Source: Bryobacteraceae bacterium | GTDB lineage: Bacteria > Acidobacteriota > Terriglobia > Bryobacterales > Bryobacteraceae | Assembly (NCBI GenBank): GCA_036488895.1 | Contig: DASXGT010000235.1 | Span: 7,205 to 71,204, forward strand | DNA: 64,000 nt | Reading direction: 5' to 3' | Part shown: piece after piece, positions 10,401 through 19,529 of the stretch | Layout: each line of letters starts with the position of its first letter | Position numbering within the stretch: position 1 is the first letter of the stretch | Translations under genes and position numbers: made by a program | The notes under the pieces: model-generated | What the model was told of the DNA's origin: nothing | The model's database searches: none | The model's input: the letters and a program-made list of their open reading frames with translations, nothing else

Positions 10401-10924
10401 CCGGAGATATCGAAAGGACGCAGCCTTTGGGCGGCCGCGTTCAGCACTACTCCCGGAGATGACCAGGCAATCGCGAATGGATTGCGTCCCTGCAATGGCG
10501 TGTTGAGCACCGTCGTCGAAGTGATGGCGAGACTGCGGTCGGCCGTCTCGGTCTCGACGATTGCCGCGTTTGCTGATACGGTAATGGCCTGATTCACCGC
10601 GCCAACGGTCAAGGCAAAGTTAATTGTGGCGTGCTCCGCTACATTCAGGTTCACGCCTTGGTTTACGACTTTTTCAAACCCTTGCTTTTCAACCGTCACC
10701 ACGTAGCTTCCGGGTGTCAGATAGGAAATTAAATACCGGCCGTCACCGTTGGATACGGTTTCCGCGGGGACATTGCTGCCTACACTAGTCGCGGCAATTT
10801 TTGCGCCAACAACAGGCGCTCCCGAAGCATCCGTAACCAGGCCTTCAATGGTCGCCCTGAACTCCTGCGCGGACAAACTGACCGTACAACAAAGAAAGAG
10901 AATTCCTAAGATGATGCGGGCCAT
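7457..10924 (-). CDS. TonB-dependent receptor with N-terminal carboxypeptidase-regulatory-like domain
   Basis: About 1155 aa with a signal peptide and a CarboxypepD_reg-like segment (GLVTDASGAPVVGAKI...GSYVVTVEKQGFEK). The body is long and Gly/Asn/Tyr-rich, like a beta-barrel, and the protein ends ...SMKLQF. ATG at 10924 has an AAGGAGG RBS; the ORF track starts at TTG 10939. Confidence 0.9.
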   Translation of the reverse strand: MARIILGILFLCCTVSLSAQEFRATIEGLVTDASGAPVVGAKIAATSVGSNVPAETVSNGDGRYLISYLTPGSYVVTVEKQGFEKVVNQGVNLNVAEHATINFALTVGAVNQAITVSANAAIVETETADRSLAITSTTVLNTPLQGRNPFAIAWSSPGVVLNAAAQRLRPFDISGSSSITINGGRPSTNEVLVDGISSLYEASSVSYVPTAEGMNEFKVQTTNYDAQYGWTLGGVINIITKNGSNNFHGSVFEFFQNTHLDAATFNNNLTGIGRTSSHINTFGGDVSGPIKRNKLFFSYTFEDIRQVIPDPFVTSVPTTLQKQGDFSQTYYARNGSGSPLVETIYNPFSTTAGPNGTLTRTAFPGNVIPSSMLDPVAVKVLSFIPGGNVAGDPLTRLNNLTNGGNTRKFTDFFPENTGRVDYDVNETTRLFVRYSRNALQEERSFHYSTVSAINPADTGQNNPFTRENHNATIQFTKTLSPTTVFDFRLGLERFKSESGAQQGAGAGPSTLGFSPAFVAEAANWFPKFTWASYEGAGAQPTYISPTAQTNSVQASMSKVMGREALKFGGEYRLLRGYSQQPGYNAGNFSFDQQFTGANPLQIQPASGNAIASFLLGTPQSGYIQVNSQPARQEQMFSFYVQNDINVTQKLKINLGLRWDYMGPLTDRYNELPRGFAATTPNPLQVPGMTLYGGVLFAGVNGQPRGIFNQSWGNIGPRVGMAYQLTNNTVLRGGYALIYGQTWNDPGNAPGFSQQTNMVSSIQTGVPYNTLDNPFPTGILSPVGASQGLLTALGQSFTFAAPNGAPPYVHQFSFEIQRSLAHDYLFTAGYIGSRAERLPVNQQLNALPISALGLGATALSQNVANPFAGLLPGTALNGATVARQQLLVPYPGFLIAGNPAGTSGGIIEEFEPIGTSSYNSAQFTARKRYSYGLNFTVAYTISKQIDQTSFANPQDTRLERVIAAWDTPQNLQIQFGYELPFGTGKQFGSQLPRPVRWGISGWELHTLVRLQDGMPMNFPANAAPTGVNPALPNPSLTQWFNTCTLLAGGATRGCVGNQPPAWTIRQPDTLQVWSTRLSSVRLPGIHNVDISVVKHSHITERIDLLFRADFINAFNSPQFFSGPINDVNNANFGRISGAMDQSNLPRFIQLSMKLQF

Positions 10925-10982
10925 GCGCCCTCCTTGCAAAGCTTGATAAGACTCAGGGCTTGCCTGAAGAAACTATATACAG

Positions 10983-11003
10983 TTGTCGACAATTTGTCCA
11001 CAA
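10983..11003. promoter_or_regulatory. Tandem GntR-type operator palindromes TTGTCGACAA and TTGTCCACAA
   Basis: A perfect 10-bp palindrome at 10983-10992 and a TTGT-N2-ACAA palindrome at 10994-11003, both in the divergent receptor/GntR intergenic region. Confidence 0.5.
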
Positions 11004-11033
11004 AAACTTTGGCACGACCGTTATACTGAGTTC

Positions 11034-11786
11034 GTGAAATCGCATGACTCGACCGCCAGCCCGCGCGGCAACCGCTCCATTCGAGAAAAAGCCTATTTGC
11101 TCATTCAGCATAAGATCGCTCTCGGCGAGTTGGCTCCTGGAAGCGCGGTGTCGGAAATACCGCTTGCTCAGGAGCTGGGAAGTAGCCGGACACCTATACG
11201 CGAGGCACTCGGACAGCTTGCGGCCGAGGGCATATTGGAACAGACGCCGAACCGCGGCACCGTTGTCGTCCAGTTCGGCCGTCAGGATATTATTGACCTT
11301 TATGAGCTCCGCGAGGCTTTAGAAGTCTACGCCGTGGGAAAGGCTGCTCGTCAACCAAACACTCCCCCTCAAGAGTTTCAGCGGTTGCAGGATTTTGCCA
11401 ACGAAATTCTTGTCCTCAAGAAAGAGCTTGAGGACGGGCCGCATACGGAGCTAGACGACAAACAAATGCGCCGCTTTATCGCCTGTGATCTGGGTTTCCA
11501 CACGCTGCTGCTACGGATGGCCTCTAACATACGCATTCAGAAAACGGTAAATGATACGCGTTTGCTTGTCAGGATTTTCTCCATTCGCCGGCTCGGACAC
11601 AATGCGGCCGCACTGACCAAAATCCACGGCTACCACCAAAACATTTTTGAAGCAGTAGCGGAAGGTGATCCGGCTCGCGCAACCGATGTTATGTCGCGCC
11701 ACATCCAAGAAAGTCAGCGCGAGCGGCTTGCCGAATATGACCAATGGGAGCACGAAGCAACTATGCGTGAAGTACTCCCAGAATGA
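11034..11786 (+). CDS. GntR family transcriptional regulator (FadR/FCD-type C-terminal domain)
   Basis: Winged-helix region SEIPLAQELGSSRTPIREALGQLAAEGIL followed by an all-helical C-terminal domain. GTG at 11034 is preferred because the TTG at 10983 lies inside the operator palindrome. Confidence 0.85.
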   Translation: MKSHDSTASPRGNRSIREKAYLLIQHKIALGELAPGSAVSEIPLAQELGSSRTPIREALGQLAAEGILEQTPNRGTVVVQFGRQDIIDLYELREALEVYAVGKAARQPNTPPQEFQRLQDFANEILVLKKELEDGPHTELDDKQMRRFIACDLGFHTLLLRMASNIRIQKTVNDTRLLVRIFSIRRLGHNAAALTKIHGYHQNIFEAVAEGDPARATDVMSRHIQESQRERLAEYDQWEHEATMREVLPE

Positions 11787-11820
11787 GGAATACATGTCGA
11801 ATCGCGTACTCTGTCAAATA

Positions 11821-12645
11821 GGGCTCCGGTGCAAATTCTAGGTTGAGTGGAAATTGGTTGAGTGTGAGCAATTTGAAGTGACTACCAGATTAGGCAGCGA
11901 GGGCAGCTTGCCAGATCTCAGGCTTAGTCGCCTTGCTGCCGCCGAGTGGTCCGATTTTGAATTGCTGCTTTTTGATCTTCTCTGCTAATTCGATGCCACC
12001 GATGACCACCGCAGCGGTTCGGAAGCTCTTCAAGCCCAGCATCGGGCGAAGGCGTTGCTTGATTCGGCGATGGTCCTGTTCAATCAAATTGTTCAAGTAT
12101 TTACTGCTGCGGAGCAGCACCCGGTTCGGCAGTTCCCCATCCTCTTTTAGATCAGCCACCGCACGGTGGGAAGCTGCATAGGCGTCGAGTGTGATTTTGG
12201 TCGGTGTCCATTGGCCCTTCATCGCCTTCCGCAGGAAGGCCTTGGCTGCGTTCTCGTCGCGGCTCCAGCTTAAGAAAAAATCGACGGTTTTCCCAGCTTT
12301 GTCGACCGCCCGGTAAGGAGGTACATCCAGGCGCCACGCACCTTCACATAGGTTTCGTCCATCCGCCAAGAACCACCGATCGACCGCGCATAGCGCTGCC
12401 ACCGCTTGACGAACTCCGGCGTGTAATGCTGTACCCACCGCAAGATCGTCGTATGCGCCAGGCAGATGCCGCGTTCGTTCATCATGCACACCAGGTCGCG
12501 ATAGCTCAATTTAAAACTCAGATACCAACGAACGCGCAGGACCACAATCTCCTGGTCAAAGTGTCGGCCTTTGAACAATTCCTCCAACGCTACGAATCGC
12601 GACATCCGTCCATCTTGTCAGCTCTTAGCGTTTGCACCAGAACCC
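11821..12645 (-). mobile_element. IS6-family (IS26-like) insertion sequence, 825 bp
   Basis: Imperfect 22-bp terminal inverted repeats: 11821-11842 GGGCTCCGGTGCAAATTCTAGG versus the reverse complement of 12624-12645 GGGTTCTGGTGCAAACGCTAAG (17/22 identical). They enclose a single IS6-type transposase gene. The flanking 8-mers differ, so there is no target-site duplication. Confidence 0.85.
11890..12605 (-). pseudogene. IS6-family DDE transposase, frameshifted
   Basis: Two overlapping ORFs (12270-12605 and 11890-12489) together reproduce the IS6 transposase pattern: FKGRHF...VRWY...YRDL...ILRWVQHYTPEF...DETYVKVRG.W.YLYRAVD..G.TVDF.LS...LNNLIEQDHRRIK. The frame changes near 12313-12321. Confidence 0.8.
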
Positions 12646-15210
12646 TTAAAAAATAGGCTGTTCTTCTTCGCGGATTACGAAGGGCTTCGTGTTCGTCAAG
12701 GACAGACCGATACAGCGCTGGTACCGACCGCTGCACAGCGCGTAGGCGATTTCTCAGGTCAAATGGATCTCACGTCGCCCACTGGGGTCCCGGACTGTAA
12801 TGGGAGTATGACTTACGCTGGAGAACTGTTTGATACGACTGCCACTCGTGCGAGCACGGCAAGTCCAACTGGTTACTGCGGTACTCCGTACGGCTACAAC
12901 CGCGACGGCACGCCTTCAAATGTAATTCCAACGTCCAAGCAGAACGCGCTCGGAATGAAACTGGCTCAGCTCTATCCGGCTCCCAACGCAAACGGACTTG
13001 GCTACAACTATGTATCGAATCCGGTCTTGATCCGGGATCGGAACCAGGGTGATGTTCGCGTCGATCAGACCTTCTCGGCGAAGGACACCGCGTTTTACCG
13101 GTACAGCATCAGCCAGCAGCCGGCTACGATCCCTTCGCCATTTCCTGGCATCGCCGACGGAGGCGGATTCTTCAGCGGTATCGAACAGAATAACGGCTAC
13201 AGTGTCGCGCTCAGCGAAACTCATATCTTTTCGCCCACACTGGTAAACGAATTCCGGCTCGGCTACAACCGCCTCCACTCCAGTCGCTTTCAATTCAACT
13301 ACGACCAGAATGTATCCGCGAGCGTCGGTATTCCCGGGGTTCCTTACACGCAGAGTTCCAATAACGGCGGACTCCCGCAACTGACCTTCAACGATATGTC
13401 TACGCTGGGGAGCCCGACCTATCTGCCGTCGAACGAGATTCAGAACGCGTACACGGTTGCGGACACCCTAACGTACATCGACGGGAACCATACTTTCAAG
13501 TTCGGAGGAGAGTTCCGGCCGGAGGAATTTACCATTTACCAGCCAGCCGATCCGCGTGGCTCCTTGTCGTTCGGCACGCAATTCACCGATAACGCCGGAG
13601 CGCCGGGAACCGGCGGCAGCGGATTCGCCACGCTGCTCACCGGTCAGCCAGGCGGCGGCAATATCAACAATCTGACCAACGTCGATTACCTGCGGCACAA
13701 CTTCGCGTTCTTCGCGCAGGATGATTGGCGCGTCACGCCCAAGCTCACTATCAACGTCGGCCTCCGGTACGAGTTTTTCTCGCCCGTCTACGAGCGCTTT
13801 AACGCGCAGGCCAATTTCAATCCAACTACAGGCCAGTTGGATATACCCAAAGATACGAACGTCAGCCTGACGCCTACGCTTGCGGGCATTTTGCCGGTGA
13901 ATCACAATGCCACCAATGCGCTTGTGGACTTTGACTACAACAACGTGGCTCCTCGCCTCGGCCTAGCCTATCAGGCGACCTCGCGGCTTGTGGTTCGAAG
14001 CGCCTTTGGCATGTTTTATAACGGCGAGGAAAGCGGTCCTTACAGCAACCCCAGCCCGGGATTCAATCCGCCCTATTTCGTTAGTGAAAGCTTCGTGGCG
14101 CCATGCAGTCTACCGTCATCCAACGCAGCCCAGAATTGCTCTGTGCCGGGCTTGGCCAGCTTGTCGGGTGGGTTTCCCGCTAACTCGCTGATCGATCCGA
14201 ACACCCCGAATCTGTTCTCGATTGATCCCCACATCAAAACGCCGTACACAATACAGTGGCATGCAACCGTGCAGTATCAGGCTGGCCAGAACTCGGTTCT
14301 CGATGTCGCCTATGTCGGTTCGAAGAGCACCAAGCTGTACACGTATCTAAATTCGAATCAGGCGTACCCAGGCACCGATCCGTCTGCGCCTTTCGCTCCA
14401 CGGCGTCCCTTCCCGTATGTGGATAGCAGCGTCGGCTATCTCAATTCCGCCGGCAATGCCGAGTATGACGCCTTACAGGCCAAGGTACAGCATCGTTTCG
14501 GAAACGGGCTTTCTTTCCTCGTAAACTATACATACAGTCACGCACTGGGCAATGCGTCCAATGCCAATCTGGGGGCACAGAACAACGACAGCTTCCGCTG
14601 GAGCGCCAACCCGCAATGGGAACATGGCAATCTCGATTTTGATGTTCGCCATCGCTTCGTCGCCAGCTACTCCTGGGAGCTGCCTTTCGGCAACGGCAAA
14701 CAGTTTGGCAGTGGAGTGGGTCCATTCATGAATAATTTGATCGGCCAGTGGACACTCGAAGGAATCACCACCCTCTCCTCGGGCACGTGGTTCACAGTGA
14801 CCGATGGAAACGGGAATTTTGCAAACTCCGACGGACAGCAGAGGCCGGATGCTGTGGCGGGCCAGAACGCTGGTGGAAAGCCCTGCATCCCTGGCACATT
14901 CTTTAACACGTGCGCGTTCACTGATCCCGCGCTTGGTTCGTTCGGCAACGTCGGTCTCAACACCCTCGAAGGGCCGGGTGTTGTCAACTGGGATCTCTCC
15001 GCTCTCAAGACATTCCTTGTCGGCGAGAAACGGCGATTTGAGTTTCGTGCTGAGGCGTTCAATGTGGCGAACCATGCCAATTTTCTGTTCGCCGCGCCTG
15101 GACCGCAAAATTCGAACAATGCCACTGTGCTGGGAACGCCAAGCTTTGGATACGTCACGGCCGCACGCGCGCCCCGGCAAATCCAGTTTGGCTTGAAGTT
15201 CTACTATTAG
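12646..15210 (+). pseudogene. TonB-dependent receptor, 5'-truncated by the IS6 element (about 300 N-terminal codons missing)
   Basis: Receptor homology begins right at the IS end with KNRLFFFADYEGLRV, which matches KRNKLFFSYTFEDIR at about residue 300 of the intact paralog at 7457-10924. The beta-barrel C-terminus is normal (...IQFGLKFYY). No plug domain, signal peptide or CarboxypepD_reg region is present. Confidence 0.85.
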
Positions 15211-15217
15211 GCGGCGG

Positions 15218-15433
15218 ATGACTTCTCAGCCGGAAACTCTGATCGCGGGGGCAGAAGGCTTGCAGCGTTTTTGCGCGGCGATCGCGCCGACGTGTCCGAA
15301 AGACACTCAACTTGAAATTATCCGCGCCACTCACGGGGATCTAGTGTTGATCTTGAAGCACAGCGGCTCCGCTGCAAAGTTTGTACATGAACGGTACGCT
15401 CTTGGGATTCTGAAATTCGGGTCAGGCGGCTAG
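15218..15433 (+). CDS. Hypothetical small protein (71 aa)
   Basis: ORF only, starting 8 nt after the receptor remnant. No recognisable motif. Confidence 0.25.
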   Translation: MTSQPETLIAGAEGLQRFCAAIAPTCPKDTQLEIIRATHGDLVLILKHSGSAAKFVHERYALGILKFGSGG

Positions 15434-15694
15434 CACGGCGTTCCAAAGCTTCGGCATTGTCGTTGAGCGGCCGCCCAATGTGCCGATTTTAAACTGATGC
15501 TTTCTGAATTCTCTGCTTCAGCGCTCGACACAATTGATCCGCCAGCGCTTCCCAAGAATGACCCAGGGCGGGTTGGGGCTGCGTCTGGTCCACAGTGCAC
15601 GTGTTCGAGATGAACAGCCATTACCAGCGCGGACCTGCCCAAGTCAGTGATCGATTTAGAACCGCCAACGTGGATCCCCCGAGGAGGGAGGCGT

Positions 15695-16078
15695 CTATTT
15701 CCGGTGCCCTGCATGTTTGTCAGCGCGTCCGAGCAATCCGGCAATCTTGTTATTTAACTCCCTCACCTCGTTCGCATCGCGCTGGGCCCTCTCCAGGTAG
15801 GCGTTGGCTACCCAGAACAGCGCTTTTGTCTTTCTGATCTCTCCCGATCGAAAGCTCGTAAGAGCCTTCTCCGCGTATGACTGAGCTTCCGCGTGTTCGC
15901 TCTCGATGAACTGGGGTAAATCACGCTGGCCTTTCAAAGTCTCACGAGTGGTGGTGATTTGGTTGATCAGTTCGATTATCCGGTTCTCTTCTGGGGTCAG
16001 CTTGGCCGCGCGCTCGCGCAGAAATTCGGCAAACATCGATGAAACACTGTCGCCGAGTTGCTCCTGAGCCTGGACCAT
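15695..16078 (-). CDS. Hypothetical helical protein (127 aa)
   Basis: ORF rich in Glu/Lys/Arg/Ala, with composition unlike the surrounding high-GC shadow ORFs. No family recognised. Confidence 0.4.
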   Translation of the reverse strand: MVQAQEQLGDSVSSMFAEFLRERAAKLTPEENRIIELINQITTTRETLKGQRDLPQFIESEHAEAQSYAEKALTSFRSGEIRKTKALFWVANAYLERAQRDANEVRELNNKIAGLLGRADKHAGHRK

Positions 16079-16421
16079 TTGCTGCCCAGCCTCGGCCAGT
16101 GAGGCCAGTAGCCGCCGGTGGCGCGCAGGATGGCGTACCCGCAGATGCTCCTAGCGCGCCGCTCGAGCTGGTGAAACTCCAGTTGCATCGGACAGAACTC
16201 AGTCGCAGGATTAAGTAACTATATGACCGGGACAACCCACTAGGAGTGTCTCTCCCCATCGGCCTCGGCGCAACCGGCTTCCAGCCTGGGCAGCCGATTA
16301 ACCGCTCAGCCGCCGGCTCCTCCTTTGGGCTTTTAAACGCAACCGTCGGCAACTACGTAAACATGGGCACCGCGCGCCAACTCCAGTTAGCTGTACGCTT
16401 CGTGTTCTAATCCCGAAGACT

Positions 16422-17186
16422 ATGGTCACTTTGAGGGTCATGACATTCAATGTCCGCCAAATGGACGGCGACGACGGGGACCAGTCATGGCCCTATCGCA
16501 AGGATGCTCTTTGTGAAGTCATTCGGCGCTGCTCGCCAGCGCTCCTCGGAACACAGGAGATCTTCAAAGAACAGTCTGATTACATTCTCTCGAACTTGCC
16601 CCACTACAAATGCTTCGGCCGCGGCCGGTTCGGCGATCATCGCGATAAACACAACCAGGTGATCTACGACGCCACGCGGATGACTTTGCACGACAGCGGG
16701 GAACTCTGGCTTTCGGAAACTCCGCAGGTCCCCGGCTCGATGGCGTGGGGCATACGGCGACCCAGGATGATCAAGTGGGGGCGGCTCGGCCTTGCAGCGG
16801 GTCCGCAACTCTTGGTAATGAATACGCATTTCCCATATGGGAAAAACGCGGATGACGCGCGTTTGCAATCTGCCACACTAATGCTGCAGCAGATCCACAG
16901 CGTAAACCCAAAGCGATTGGTTGTAACTGGAGATTTCAACGCACCGCCGGGGAGCCTCGTTTATTCTGAGATGATGCGAGACCTTGCGGATTCGTGGCCC
17001 CTTGCGGCGCGCAGGATAGGACCGCCCGGCACTGTGCATGGCTTCGGGAAGTTCGAAGGACCTCGCGTCGATTGGGTACTACAGCGAGGCTTCCATCAAG
17101 TACTCAGCGCGGAAACAGTCATTTCTAAAGTCGATGGGCTTTATCCCTCCGATCACTATCCTGTTTGTGCCGAACTGGCCGTATAA
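16422..17186 (+). CDS. Endonuclease/exonuclease/phosphatase (EEP) family protein
   Basis: 254 aa with N-terminal LRVMTFNVR, internal GTQE, C-terminal TGDFN and SDHYPV, the typical EEP catalytic motifs. Confidence 0.85.
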   Translation: MVTLRVMTFNVRQMDGDDGDQSWPYRKDALCEVIRRCSPALLGTQEIFKEQSDYILSNLPHYKCFGRGRFGDHRDKHNQVIYDATRMTLHDSGELWLSETPQVPGSMAWGIRRPRMIKWGRLGLAAGPQLLVMNTHFPYGKNADDARLQSATLMLQQIHSVNPKRLVVTGDFNAPPGSLVYSEMMRDLADSWPLAARRIGPPGTVHGFGKFEGPRVDWVLQRGFHQVLSAETVISKVDGLYPSDHYPVCAELAV

Positions 17187-17501
17187 ACAAGACTGGCAAC
17201 AAATTTTATGATTCTTTGCTAAACTTTCTCAGTACCCACCTCGCCGAAAGGAAGGATCACAAAACATGAAAGTACCTCTCCTCATGCCCCGCGACTCAAG
17301 AACGCAGCCGCGTATGGACCTTCCGGGCACAAAGCGCACCTAAGCATTCTTCATTTGCCGTGATGTGCAGGGTTGGCTTTTCGTGCCGGACCCTTTGATG
17401 TGGTGCGCATTTCTGAACTTTTTTCATCTAAGAGGGAAATTGACGTTGTTCGCCAGCCGGCGGCCGCTTGGCATTTACTGATTTTCTTCGACGAGTGGTC
17501 T

Positions 17502-19322
17502 ATGTATAAACTATTCCGCAAAAACGCAATACGCGAGGTACTCGGCTTTCTCTTTCGCCACTGGCGGCGTGAAGCGGCGGTTGTTACCGGAACAGCCTTG
17601 AGCATGGCCGTCGCCACGGTTGCGGATCTGTTTCTGCCGGTCTTTTCCGGCCGCCTGGTGGATGCCATCGCATCCCACAATCCCGTGCGCGCACAAGCGT
17701 TTCATACCGCCGTGCAAGCGGTCGTCGTCATGACTGTCCTGGGTGCGATCCTGATGGCCGCGCGCCATCTGGCGATGCTCGGCATCATACGGTTGACCCT
17801 GCGGCTTATGTCCCGCTTCGCGAGCGATACCTTCTGGCGCGTCCAGCGTTTTTCTACTGACTGGCACGCAAATAACTTTGCGGGTTCGATTGTCCGTCGC
17901 GTGACGCGCGGCATGTGGGCGGTTGATCTAATGGATGACACCCTGCTGCTTGCGCTGCTGCCGGCGTTATTGGTGCTGGCCGGCTCCTCATTATTGCTGG
18001 GACTGCGCTGGCCGAGTATGGGCCTGGTAGTCGCTGCCGGAGCCACGATCTATGTAGCCGTTTCGGTCGCGCTGTCCGTTGACTACGTGGCGCCTGCCGC
18101 GCGCCTGTCGAGTATGCAGGACACCCGAGTCGGCGGCGCCATGGCCGACGCCATCACATGCAACGCGGTTGTGAAATCTTTCGGCGCCGAATCGCGTGAA
18201 GACGCTCGTCTCGCACGCGTGTTGGACAAATGGCAAAGACGCACCTATCGCACTTGGAGATTTGGCACGCGAAGCGGCAGCCTGCAATTCACCGTGCTGC
18301 TTGTCTTGCGCGCGGCCGTCACGTTGTATGCCGTATGGTTATGGTGGCGTGGCCAAGCAACGCCGGGCGACGTCACATTTGTTTTGACCAGTTATTTTGT
18401 CGTGCACGGTTACCTCCGTGATATCGGGCAGCATGTTGCCAACATGCAACGGAGCGTTAATGAGATGGAAGAGATGGTGCGGTTCCATGCCCAGCCGCTC
18501 GGTGTGACAAATGCAGCCGGAGCTAAGCCGATCCGTGTCAGCGAAGGTGAGATTGTCTTCGACCGTGTCACCTTCCGCTATGGCATGCACGCCACGCCCC
18601 TGTTCCAGGATTTCTCGCTGCGTATTGAAGCAGGAGAGCGAGTCGGCTTGGTGGGGCACTCCGGCTCCGGGAAGACAACATTCGTGAAGCTGTTGCATCG
18701 CCTCTATGATGTAACGAACGGCAGCATTCTGATTGATGGCCAGGAAATCGCAAAGGTCACGCAGGACTCTCTGCGCGCGCAACTCGCCTTGGTGCCGCAG
18801 GAACCCATCTTGTTCCATCGCTCGCTTGTCGAAAACATCGCTTATGCCCGTCCGTGGGCTACGTCGCGGGAGATTGAAGAAGCAGCGCGCCTAGCGAACG
18901 CACATGATTTCATCAGTCGTCAACCCAAAGGGTATGCGACGTTGGTGGGGGAACGCGGCGTGAAGCTCTCCGGCGGGGAGCGCCAGAGAGTAGCGCTGGC
19001 TCGCGCCTTCCTGGCGGACACGCCCATTCTGGTGCTGGATGAAGCGACCTCAAATCTGGACTCGGAATCGGAAGCGCTGATCCAGGAGGCCATGCAGCGC
19101 CTGATAGCCGGACGGACGGCGATTGTAATCGCACATCGATTATCAACTGTGCGAATGTTGGATCGCATTCTGGTATTCGACAACGGCCGCATCGTCGAAG
19201 AGGGAACGCATGACAGCCTGGTGCGTGAACTGGGTGGTACATACAAACGCCTGTTCGAACGCCAGGTCCTGGGGCTGGTGGTAGATCGCGAATCTGAATT
19301 CTCCGATCAATTGGAGAATTAA
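17502..19322 (+). CDS. ABC transporter, fused permease/ATP-binding protein (MsbA-like exporter)
   Basis: Six-helix TMD followed by Walker A GHSGSGKTT, signature LSGGERQRVALARA and Walker B ILVLDEATS. ATG at 17502 (MYKLFRK...) is preferred over the upstream ORF-track start. Confidence 0.9.
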   Translation: MYKLFRKNAIREVLGFLFRHWRREAAVVTGTALSMAVATVADLFLPVFSGRLVDAIASHNPVRAQAFHTAVQAVVVMTVLGAILMAARHLAMLGIIRLTLRLMSRFASDTFWRVQRFSTDWHANNFAGSIVRRVTRGMWAVDLMDDTLLLALLPALLVLAGSSLLLGLRWPSMGLVVAAGATIYVAVSVALSVDYVAPAARLSSMQDTRVGGAMADAITCNAVVKSFGAESREDARLARVLDKWQRRTYRTWRFGTRSGSLQFTVLLVLRAAVTLYAVWLWWRGQATPGDVTFVLTSYFVVHGYLRDIGQHVANMQRSVNEMEEMVRFHAQPLGVTNAAGAKPIRVSEGEIVFDRVTFRYGMHATPLFQDFSLRIEAGERVGLVGHSGSGKTTFVKLLHRLYDVTNGSILIDGQEIAKVTQDSLRAQLALVPQEPILFHRSLVENIAYARPWATSREIEEAARLANAHDFISRQPKGYATLVGERGVKLSGGERQRVALARAFLADTPILVLDEATSNLDSESEALIQEAMQRLIAGRTAIVIAHRLSTVRMLDRILVFDNGRIVEEGTHDSLVRELGGTYKRLFERQVLGLVVDRESEFSDQLEN

Positions 19323-19439
19323 CAAACGTGAGGGTGAAAGGAAAGCATCGGTATTCATTGCGACCAGCCTCGACGTTTCATTGCACGGCCGACGGCGCTG
19401 GAGTGGCTGCCGGCCGACGGCGGCAAGCCTCACGGCTAG

Positions 19440-19529
19440 CGCACATTGGCTGAGATGGCTGCCGAGCGGGGATTGAGAGTGACAGCCAGCTCCGTCTGGC
19501 GATGGGTTCAGGTGTTTGGGCCGGAATGA
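19440..19529 (+). mobile_element. Transposase-type helix-turn-helix fragment (IS6-like N-terminal piece)
   Basis: Reading frame RTLAEMAAERGLRVTASSVWRWVQVFGPE* resembles YRDLVCMMNERGICLAHTTILRWVQHYTPEF of the IS6 transposase at 11890-12605. There is no start codon and it is truncated after about 30 codons. Confidence 0.4.

Noticed and set aside
12313-12321. Frame change in the IS6 transposase as programmed ribosomal frameshifting
   Set aside because: IS6-family transposases are normally encoded by a single ORF. No slippery heptamer is evident at the site (sequence ...TACCTCCTTACC...). An inactivating indel is more likely.
12916-15180. Several 145-235 aa minus-strand ORFs overlapping the truncated TonB-dependent receptor
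   Set aside because: They are antisense to a frame with clear receptor homology along its whole length, and they have no recognisable motifs.
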